Assembly (NCBI GenBank): GCA_014905635.1
Contig: JABVCE010000016.1
Location: 434,001-498,000 of the forward strand
Origin: Scenedesmus sp. PABB004
Lineage: Eukaryota
Reading direction: 5' to 3'
Length of the DNA: 64,000 bases
Part shown: positions 38,214-48,510 of the stretch, in pieces
Position numbering within the stretch: position 1 is the first letter of the stretch
How the letters are laid out: each line of letters opens with the position of its first letter
Position numbers and translations under genes: made by a program
The notes under the pieces: model-generated
What the model was told of the DNA's origin: nothing
What the model saw: only the letters and a program-made list of their open reading frames with translations
The model's database searches: none

Positions 38214-41200
38214 ATGGAGCGCACGTTTGAGAATGTGGACAGCAAGGCGTGCGGCTCCAAGGCCAACAGCCGGCGCGTGTCGTCGGTGGGCGGCGCCGGG
38301 CCCGAGTACTCTGCGCCCCTCGACTTCCCCTGGCCGCACCCGCCGACCTCGCGCGGCGGCGCGCCCTGGAGCGGGCGGGAGGAGATCGACGCCATCAAGG
38401 GCTGGCTCGCGGGCCGCAGGACCAGGTGCGCCAGGGCGCGCCCGCGCGGAGGCCTGGCCGAGGCTCCGCGGAGCTGCTGGGCGCGCCCGCTCGCGGCGTG
38501 GCGGAGCCAGGCGGCGCGCTCACCGACCTCCGGGGCGCCGCGCTCGCACCGCCGCGCAGGCGCGCCCGCCAGAAGCGCAGCGCATGGGGCTATGCCTCCG
38601 CCCTGCTTCCCTGCCTCCAGTGGCTGCGTGGCTACAACCTCAAGAGCTGGCTGCTGGTGCGGCGAGGCGCGGGCGGCGCGGCCGGCCCGACCAGCCCCGA
38701 TCCAACCGACCTGCTGCGCACCACGCTGGCCGCTCACCCGCCGCCACCTCCCGCAGTTCGACATCCTCGCCGGCATCGCCGTCGGCTTCACCGTCGTGCC
38801 GCAGGTGCGCGCGCGGCGCCCGCCGCCGCGCAGCACGCGCGCGCGCCACCGCCGCTGGGCGGCCGCGACTGACGAGGCCGCTGCCGCCCGCTGCCGCCCG
38901 CTGCCGCGCGCGGCGCACGGTCAGGGCATGAGCTACGCCAACATCGCCGGCGTGCCCGCGGTCATGGGGCTGTACGGTGCGCGCCGCACAGCACACAGCG
39001 CGCAGCGCGCAGCACGCATCGCACAGCGCGCAGCTCGCCACGCGCGTTGCGCACACCCGCCGCCTCTTGACCCGCGCGCCCGCTGCCTGCCACACACGCA
39101 CGCCCGGCAGGCGCGTTCACGCCGGTGCTCATTTACTCCCTGTTTGGCAGCAGCCGCCAGCTCGGCGTGGGCCCGGTCGCGGTCACGAGCGGCCTCATCT
39201 TCAGCGGCATGGCCGGCGTGGTCCCCGGCTATGACGCCATCACAGACCCCAACGACCCGGGGCCCGAGCTCGCCGCCGTGCAGGCGCGCCGCCGCGCCGC
39301 CGCGGCTTGACTGCAAAGCAGTGCCGCCGTCTGGCCGCTGGGCTGACGTGCGCGCACCCCGGCTGAACCCTGTCTGCCTGAACCCCGCCACAGGCCGAGT
39401 ATAACAGGAACGTCATCCAGCTCGCCTTCCTCGTCGCCTGCCTCTACACCGCGGTGCGACGCGCGCGCTGCAGCGCCTGCGCCCTCGCCCGCTGCAGGCG
39501 CACGGCTCATGGGCCGTGCTGCTGCCGGCGCGCGCCGCTGCCGACGCGCGCGCTGCGCGGTGCTGCTGCTGCCGCCCTGCACCGCCGCCAGGTGGGCCTG
39601 TTCCGGCTGGGCTTCCTCATTCGCTTCCTCAGCCACCCTGTCATCACCGGTGCGCCTCGCGCAGCGCCGAGGGGCCGCTGCCACTGCAACCAGCCCCGCG
39701 CCGCGCGATGTGGCGCGCCGCGCCGCCCGCTGGCCTCGAGCCACACCGCACCGCACCTGCCGCGCCCGCAGGCTTCACGAGCGGCGCTGCGCTCGTCATT
39801 GCGACGGGCCAGGTCAAGTACATCCTGGGGGTGAGTTGACAGCGCCGCCCCGTCCGCCTGCCTGCCTGCCTGCGGCCACGCGCGCCACGCACACCGGGCC
39901 CTGAGCCTCCTGCCGCGTGCGCTGCCGCTGCCAGGTGAGCTACAAGAAGCAGGACACGCTGCAGGGTGAGCTGTCCAACATCATCGCCCAGCTGTCAGCC
40001 GGCAAGTTCAAGTACCAAGAGTTCCTCATGGGCATGGCCATGCTGGGCTTCCTCATCAGCCTCAAATACATCCAGCGCAAGTGAGCCAGACCCTGCGCAC
40101 GCCGTTGCAGCCGCCGCGCGCTCACTCTGGGCTCTCAAGCTCACACCCCCGGCGCCGCCCCGCCGCCGGCCGGTCAGGTGGCCGCGCACGCTCTTCCTGA
40201 AGGCGCTGGGGCCCTTCATTGCCTGCGTGGTCGGCATCGCCGTCGTTGCGGGCTTTGGCTGGGGCAACGGCAAGGGCCCGATCAAGATCGTCAAGACCAT
40301 TCCCTCGGGTGCGGGCCGCCGCACCACACGGCGCTGACCAGCGCGCCGCACAGCGCTCAGAGGGCCCAGGGCCAGCGCCTGCTGGCCGGCAGAGCCTGCT
40401 CTGCCTCTGCTCTACCTCTGGCCTGGCCTAACACACCACGCACCGCCCTGCCGCCGCGGCCGCAGGCCTGCCGCCGGTCAGCATCGGTCTGTGGGCGCCC
40501 ATCAGCAACCTGGGCAAGCTGCTGCCCCTCGCGTTCATCGTCATGGCCGTCGACATGCTTGAGAGCACCTCCATCGCCCGCGCGCTCGCACGCAAGAACG
40601 GCTACGAGCTCAACTACAACCAGGAGATCACCGGCCTGGGGCTCGCCAACTTTGCGGGTGCGCGGCAGCGCGGCCGCTCGGGCCGCCTGCTGCGCAGCAC
40701 CTGCACGCGCGGCGCCTGTGCCTCAGCCGCCAGCGCGACGGCGGCCTAACCTGACTGCCGCGCCCGGATGCGTGTACGCCGCCGCCCAGGTGCCATGTTT
40801 TCCTCCTATACCACCACCGGCAGCTTCAGCCGCTCCGCAATCAACAACAGCTGCGGCGCGCGCACGCCGCTCGCGGGCTTTGTCACCAGGTGAGTGCCGC
40901 CATCAGCACTCGCCCCGCGCGCCTCGGCACTCGCGCCGCCCCACTCCAGCCCTCACGCTGCCCCGCCTCGCCCCGCGCCCAACCTCTCTTGCGCCCGGCC
41001 ACCCCGCACCGCCCGCCGCGCAGCATGGTCGTGATGTGCGTGCTGCTCTTCGCGACGCGCATCTTCCGTCTGATGCCGTACAACACAATGGGCAAGTTTA
41101 CAGGCCCTTTGGGTTGAGTTTTCTTGGTTACGGGACCCCGCGCTGAACCCTCCCGCTAACCCGTCGCCCGCCCCGGTGCCGCCGCCCATGTTGGCAGGCG

Positions 41201-42547
41201 CGATCATCATCATCGGCGTCAGCCAGCTCGTGGAGGTGGGCGTGGCAATCGAGCTGTTCAAGCTGCACCTGCGCGACTTCATCGTCTGGCTCTGCGCCTT
41301 TGCTGTGACCACCTTTGCCGGCGTGGAGCTGGGGCTGATGAGCAGCATCGCGTGAGTGGACCCCTGACGCCAGCGGGCGCGGGGGCGCTGCGCGCGCCGC
41401 CGCCGGCTGGGCGCGCCGCACGCCGCACGCGCCGACCCTCGCTGCGGCTCCTCCTGCGCCCCCGCAGGCTGAGCCTGGTCATCCTCGTCCTGGAGGCCTC
41501 CTTCCCCCACACCGCCGTGCTGGGCCGCATCGGCAAGACCAACGTGTACAGGCGCGCCGCGGCTGCGGCGGCTGCTGCCACCTCCGCTGCTGCTGCTGCC
41601 GCCTCCGCTGCGGCTGCTGCCGCCGCGCCCGGCCGCCGTCGTGTCCAGCCGCCACCATGCCCAGCCCGCACCGAGTCTCACAGCAGCGTGTGACACCCCG
41701 CCCGCGCGCGCCGCCGCCGCCGCCGCAGGTCCGTGTCCAAGTACGAGGGCGCCGAGACGACGCCGGGCATCGTCGTGGTGCGGCTGGACGCGCCTCTGTT
41801 CTTTGCCAACACGGTGCACTTTGAGTCTGCCATCACACACTACCTGGCCGACGGCGACGACGCAGCGCGCGAGGCTGGACGTGAGCTGCCGCTGCCGCCC
41901 GCCCGCGCGCGCGCCGCTGCCGCGCGCGCGCGGCTCTGCTCTTTTTGCCAGCTCGCCCACACCGCCGCCGCTGCCCCGGTCAACCCGTGGCTCCCTCCCT
42001 CACCACACGCGCGCTGCAGTGAGCGGCGTGAAGTTCCTGGTCCTGGACCTCACGCCCGTGACGCGCAGCGACAGCAGCGGCGCGCACATGCTGCGCGACC
42101 TCGCCACCGAGTGCACCGAGCGCGGCGTGCAGCTGGTGCTGTGCAACCCCAACGACAAGGTGGGCAGAGCCGCTGCAGCCGCTGCGCCGTGCGCACGCCG
42201 GGGCGGACTGGGGGGCCAGCAGCAGCGGGCGCGTACCGCACGCCCCGCCGCAGCTCACCGCCGCCGCGGGCTGCTCCGCTCCGTTCCGCTCCGCTCTGCT
42301 CCGCTCTGCTCGGCTGTGCTGCGCTCAGCTCGTCTCGATGCTCGAGCGCATCGCCATCTACGACGTGCTGCCCCGCGCCTGGGTCTTTGTGCACACGCAC
42401 GACGGCGTGCGCGCCGCCGCGGCCGCGCTGCACGGCGGCGAGCTCGGCGGCCTCGCCGGCGCCGCGCTGCCGCGCGACGGCGCCGACCTCGGCAAAGACG
42501 TGGACATGGTGCTCCTGCCGCGCGCCTCCAAGGACGGCCGCGAGTGA
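38214..42547 (+). CDS. SulP/SLC26 H+/sulfate transporter with STAS domain, copy 1; spliced
   Basis: [101 protein letters not shown] and DSSG. Confidence 0.95.
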
Positions 42548-45500
42548 GCTGACGGCGGACTGATCTGGACCAATGGGTGGGGAGCAGCAACTGACGTGCT
42601 GCGTGCGTTTGCTTTGCCCGGGCGCAACCTGTTTGGTAGAGGCTTGACCAGCGGGTTGGGCTTTCCATGATCCCTTTGTTGGCCGCGCGCAGGCTGCAGC
42701 TGCGCGCGGCGCGCCCGCACCCCACACGTGTGCGGCGCGCTACGTTGTGACGGGCGCGGCAGACTCTGTCGAGGCGCAGAAATGTGCGCCGGTGCCGCGC
42801 GCGAGCTGGGCGCGCGAGCTGGGCGGCCTCTGTTCTGGACGTGCGGGGGCTCGACTCATCATCACTGCGCTGCGCTCAGCAGTCGTTCTGCGGCGGTCAG
42901 GCTCGGACGGTCGGAGAGAGCTGCTGCGCCGCAGCGAGGCCGTGGGGGCTGGGCGTCGAGTTGCCGGGCAACCAGCGCGCGCGTCAACGTTCGCCCACCG
43001 GGCGCCGTGCCCAGCTCCAGCTCGCTGCGCGCCCGCTCCAGGTCCAGCGCTCCAGCTCCAGCTCGCTGGCACGCTCAGCACTGGTCACGCACGGCGCGGC
43101 AGGCACCAGAAGCCGCGACGCGCGGCGGCTCGCCGCGCCGCGCGCCGCGTGCCGCGCCTCGGCGCCGCCTCGACAGGCGTCCGGGCCCACCAGCGCCCGG
43201 GGGACGCAGGCGGGCGGCCGCACGCGGCAAAACCCGCTCGTCACGCTGGAACTCGACGTTCCAAGCCCAAGCTTCGGCGCTGGGTCTTCCCCGCCGCGCC
43301 GCTCCCGCGCGTGCGCGTTCCGTCGTCGCGCGACACACCCAGGCGTCGCGCGGACCCCTGCCGAGCGGCCGCCAGAGACAACCACACCCGCCCGCCGCCC
43401 CGCCCTGCGCGCTCGAGCTGCCGCTCGGGCGGCATGGAGCGCACATTCGAGCACGTCGACAGCCGGACGCCCAGCATCAGGCGGCCGTCGGTGACGGCGC
43501 CGGACTACGGGCCCCCGCTCGACTTTCCATTCCCGCACCCCCAGGGCGGCGCCGCGCCCTGGAGCGGGCGGGAGGAGATCGAGTCCATCAAGGGCGTGCT
43601 AGCCGGGCGCAAGACCAGGTGCGCCAGGGGGTGAGCCGGCGGTGGCCGCAACGCGGCGGCGCTCGCTCACCGCGCCGCGCCGCGCTCGCACCGCCGCGCA
43701 GACGCGCCCGCCAGAAGCGCGGCGCATGGGGCTACGCCTCTGCCCTGCTGCCCTGCCTCCAGTGGCTGCGTGGCTACAACCTCAAGAGCTGGCTGCTGGT
43801 GCGGCGAGGCGCGGGCGGCGCGGCCGGCCCGACCAGCCCCGATCCAACCGACCTGCTGCGCACCACGCTGGCCGCTCACCCGCCGCCACCTCCCGCAGTT
43901 CGACATCCTCGCCGGCATCGCCGTCGGCTTCACCGTCGTGCCGCAGGTGCGCGCGGGGCGCCCGCCGCCGCGCAGCACGCGCGCGCGCCACCGCCGCTGG
44001 GCGGCCGCGACTGACGAGGCCGCTGCCGCCCGCTGCCGCCCGCTGCCGCGCGCGGCGCACGGTCAGGGCATGAGCTACGCCAACATCGCCGGCGTGCCTG
44101 CGGTCATGGGGCTGTACGGTGCGCCTCGCACAGCACAGCGCGCAGCACGCAGCACGCAGCACGCAGCGCGCAGCGCACAGCTCGCCACGCGCGTCGCGCG
44201 CCCCCGCCGCCTCCTGACCCGCGCGCCCGCTGCCCGCCACACACGCACGCCCGGCAGGCGCGTTCACGCCGGTGCTCATTTACTCCCTGTTTGGCAGCAG
44301 CCGCCAGCTCGGCGTGGGCCCGGTCGCGGTCACGAGCGGCCTCATCTTCAGCGGCATGGCCGGCGTGGTCCCCGGCTATGACGCCATCACAGACCCCAAC
44401 GACCCGGGGCCCGAGCTCGCCGCCGTGCAGGCGCGCCGCCGCGCCGCCGCGGCTTGACTGCAAAGCAGTGCCGCCGTCTGGCCGCTGGGCTGACGTGCCA
44501 GCCGGCGCATCAGCCGCGGCGCCCCGGCTGAACCCTGTCTGCCTGAACCCCGCCACAGGCCGAGTATAACAGGAACGTCATCCAGCTCGCCTTCCTCGTC
44601 GCCTGCCTCTACACCGCGGTGCGACGCGCGCGCTGCAGCGCCTGCGCCCTCGCCCGCTGCAGGCGCACGGCTCATGGGCCGTGCTGCTGCCGGCGCGCGC
44701 CGCTGCCGACGCGCGCGCTGCGCGGTGCTGCTGCTGCCGCCCTGCACCGCCGCCAGGTGGGCCTGTTCCGGCTGGGCTTCCTCATTCGCTTCCTCAGCCA
44801 CCCTGTCATCACCGGTGCGCCGCGCGCAGCGCCGAGGGGCCGCTGCCACTGCAACCAGCCCCGCGCCGCGCGATGTGGCGCGCCGCGCCGCCCGCTGGCC
44901 TCGAGCCACACCGCACCGCACCTGCCGCGCCCGCAGGCTTCACGAGCGGCGCTGCGCTCGTCATTGCGACGGGCCAGGTCAAGTACCTCCTGGGGGTGAG
45001 CTAGCAGCGCCGCCTCGGCTCGCCTGCCTGCGCGCGCCACGAACACCGGGCCCTGAGCCTCCTGCCGCGTGCGCTGCCGCTGCCAGGTGAGCTACAAGAA
45101 GCAGGACACGCTGCAGGGTGAGCTGTCCAACATCATCGCCCAGCTGTCAGCCGGCAAGTTCAAGTACCAAGAGTTCCTCATGGGCATGGCCATGCTGGGC
45201 TTCCTCATCAGCCTCAAATACATCCAGCGCAAGTGAGCCAGACCCTGCGCACGCCGTTGCAGCCGCCGCGCGCTCACTCTGGGCTCTCAAGCTCACACCG
45301 CGCGCGCCCCGGCGCCGCCCCGCCGCCCCGCCGGTCAGGTGGCCGCGCACGCTCTTCCTGAAGGCGCTGGGGCCCTTCATTGCCTGCGTGGTCGGCATCG
45401 CCGTCGTTGCGGGCTTTGGCTGGGGCAACGGCAAGGGCCCGATCAAGATCGTCAAGACCATTCCCTCGGGTGCGGGCCGCCGCACCGCACGGCGCTGACC

Positions 45501-47720
45501 AGCGCGCCGCACAGCGCTCAGAGGGCCCAGGGCCAGCGCCTGCTGGCCGGCAGAGCCTGCTCTGCCTCTGCTCTACCTCTGGCCTGGCCTAACACACCAC
45601 GCACCGCCCTGCCGCCGCGGCCGCAGGCCTGCCGCCGGTCAGCATCGGTCTGTGGGCGCCCATCAGCAACCTGGGCAAGCTGCTGCCCCTCGCGTTCATC
45701 GTCATGGCCGTCGACATGCTTGAGAGCACCTCCATCGCCCGCGCGCTCGCACGCAAGAACGGCTACGAGCTCAACTACAACCAGGAGATCACCGGCCTGG
45801 GGCTCGCCAACTTTGCGGGTGCGCGGCAGCGCGGCCGCTCGGGCCGCCTGCTGCGCAGCACCTGCACGCGCGGCGCCTGTGCCTCAGCCGCCAGCGCGAC
45901 GGCGGCCTAACCTGACTGCCGCGCCCGGATGCGTGTACGCCGCCGCCCAGGTGCCATGTTTTCCTCCTATTCCACCACCGGCAGCTTCAGCCGCTCCGCA
46001 ATCAACAACAGCTGCGGCGCGCGCACGCCGCTCGCGGGCTTTGTCACCAGGTGAGTGCCGCCGCCATCAGCACTCGCCCCGCGCGCCTCGGCACTCGCGC
46101 CGCCCCACTCCAGCCCTCACGCTGCCCCGCCTCGCCCCGCGCCCAACCTCTCTTGCGCCCGGCCACCCCGCACCGCCCGCCGCGCAGCATGGTCGTGATG
46201 TGCGTGCTGCTCTTCGCGACGCGCATCTTCCGTCTGATGCCGTACAACACAATGGGCAAGTTTACAGGCCCTTTGGGTTGAGTTTTCTTGGTTACGGGAC
46301 CCCGCGCTGAACCCTCCCGCTAACCCGTCGCCCGCCCCGGTGCCGCCGCCCATGTTGGCAGGCGCGATCATCATCATCGGCGTCAGCCAGCTCGTGGAGG
46401 TGGGCGTGGCAATCGAGCTGTTCAAGCTGCACCTGCGCGACTTCATCGTCTGGCTCTGCGCCTTTGCTGTGACCACCTTTGCCGGCGTGGAGCTGGGGCT
46501 GATGAGCAGCATCGCGTGAGTGGACCCCTGACGCCAGCGGGCGCGGGGGCGCTGCGCGCGCCGCCGCCGGCTGGGCGCGCCGCACGCCGCACGCGCCGAC
46601 CCTCGCTGCGGCTCCTCCTGCGCCCCCGCAGGCTGAGCCTGGTCATCCTCGTCCTGGAGGCCTCCTTCCCCCACACCGCCGTGCTGGGCCGCATCGGCAA
46701 GACCAACGTGTACAGGCGCGCCGCGGCTGCGGCGGCTGCTGCCACCTCCGCTGCTGCTGCTGCCGCCTCCGCTGCGGCTGCTGCCGCCGCGCCCGGCCGC
46801 CGTCGTGTCCAGCCGCCACCATGCCCAGCCCGCACCGAGTCTCACAGCAGCGTGTGACACCCCGCCCGCGCGCGCCGCCGCCGCCGCCGCAGGTCCGTGT
46901 CCAAGTACGAGGGCGCCGAGACGACGCCGGGCATCGTCGTGGTGCGGCTGGACGCGCCTCTGTTCTTTGCCAACACGGTGCACTTTGAGTCTGCCATCAC
47001 ACACTACCTGGCCGACGGCGACGACGCAGCGCGCGAGGCTGGACGTGAGCTGCCGCTGCCGCCCGCCCGCGCGCGCGCCGCTGCCGCGCGCGCGCGGCTC
47101 TGCTCTTTTTGCCAGCTCGCCCACAGCGCCGCCGCTGCCCCGGCCGACCCGTGGCTCCCTGCCTCCCCGCACGCGCGCTGCAGTGAGCGGCGTGAAGTTC
47201 CTGGTCCTGGACCTCACGCCCGTGACGCGCAGCGACAGCAGCGGCGCGCACATGCTGCGCGACCTCGCCACCGAGTGCACCGAGCGCGGCGTGCAGCTGG
47301 TGCTGTGCAACCCCAACGACAAGGTGGGCAGAGCCGCTGCAGCCGCTGCGCCGTGCGCACGCCGGGGCGGACTGGGGGGCCAGCAGCAGCGGGCGCGTAC
47401 CGCACGCCCCGCCGCAGCTCACCGCCGCCGCGGGCTGCTCCGCTCCGTTCCGCTCCGCTCTGCTCCGCTCTGCTCGGCTGTGCTGCGCTCAGCTCGTCTC
47501 GATGCTCGAGCGCATCGCCATCTACGACGTGCTGCCCCGCGCCTGGGTCTTTGTGCACACGCACGACGGCGTGCGCGCCGCCGCGGCTGCGCTGCACGGC
47601 GGCGAGCTCGGCGGCCTCGCCGGCGCCGCGCTGCCGCACGACAGCAAGGACTCCAACGGCAAAGACGTGGACATGGTGCTCCTGCCGCGCGCCTCCAAGG
47701 ACGGCCGCGAGTGAGCTGAC
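38555..47720 (+). repeat. ~4 kb near-identical tandem duplication (~38555-42553 vs ~43695-47720), including introns
   Basis: Visual alignment shows long identical stretches with scattered SNPs and small indels. Confidence 0.92.
43434..47714 (+). CDS. SulP/SLC26 H+/sulfate transporter with STAS domain, copy 2 (tandem duplicate); spliced
   Basis: Same exon structure and motifs as copy 1; first exon and C-terminal end differ. Confidence 0.95.
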
Positions 47721-48190
47721 CGGCTGACTGGTCTGCACAGCTTGTGATGGGCGGCCGCCGACGGGGCCGCCGTCGTGTTTGCTTTGCCCCCTGGGCGCAG
47801 CGCAACCTGTTTGGTAGAGGCTTGACCAGCGGGCTTTCCTTGAATAACTCGCCCCCACGGACGCGGCTCGGAAACTTCTTTTGCCCCTGCACAGGCAGCG
47901 CCGCTGCGCACGGCTTGTCGCTCCCGTGTGCTGCGTGCTGCGTGTGTGGTGTGCTGCGCGCGGCAGCGGCGAGGCGTGCACCTGTGCCGCACCGGCCCTG
48001 CGTGGGCGGGCTTTCGATGGATCGCCAACACTGCAATGAATGAATGCAGCAGGCTGCACAGCCTGCCTGGCACGTGACAGGCAGTGTACCTACGCAGGCG
48101 CGGATGACCGGGGCGAGGAAGAGGCACGCTGCGCTTTGGTGGAACTGCTGCTGGCCCTTGGGAGTTGTGTTGGCGGGCCACTCGCCCGCG

Positions 48191-48195
48191 TGTAA
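48191..48195 (+). promoter_or_regulatory. Putative poly(A) signal TGTAA for SULTR copy 2
   Basis: TGTAA ~475 nt after the stop, in an AT-richer 3' region. Confidence 0.4.
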
Positions 48196-48290
48196 AGCAA
48201 GCGCAAACGCAGCGTGTTACCCTCGCCGCAGCCCCGCCACCCCGCCTGTCTAGCTGCTGCCCCGCGCGCGACCTCTGCCTAAAGGCACCG

Positions 48291-48331
48291 GCCTGCTTGC
48301 ACCAGCCTGCTTGCACCAGCCTGCTTGCACC
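48291..48331. repeat. 14-bp tandem repeat (CCTGCTTGCACCAG) x~3
   Basis: cctgcttgcaccag cctgcttgcaccag cctgcttgcacc. Confidence 0.85.
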
Positions 48332-48510
48332 CGCCGCGGCCGCCGAATCGCGCGCCACGGAGCGCGCGGCGCCGCGCTGACCCTTGGCCGCACCAATCAT
48401 TCGCTGACCGGACCTGCGCCGGCCGGCGCCCCAGCTCCAGCTCGGGCTCATGCCGCAAGCCACCTCCGGAGGCTGGATCCAGCTCCACCTCCACCTCGAC
48501 AGCTCCCAGC

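Noticed and set aside
38214..47714. SULTR duplication as a pure assembly artefact
   Set aside because: The copies have distinct first exons, upstream regions, C-termini and scattered SNPs/indels.
19307..47714. SnRK2 plus SULTR genes as a sulfur-response gene cluster
   Set aside because: Separated by unrelated genes and kinase orthology is not established; proximity alone is weak evidence.
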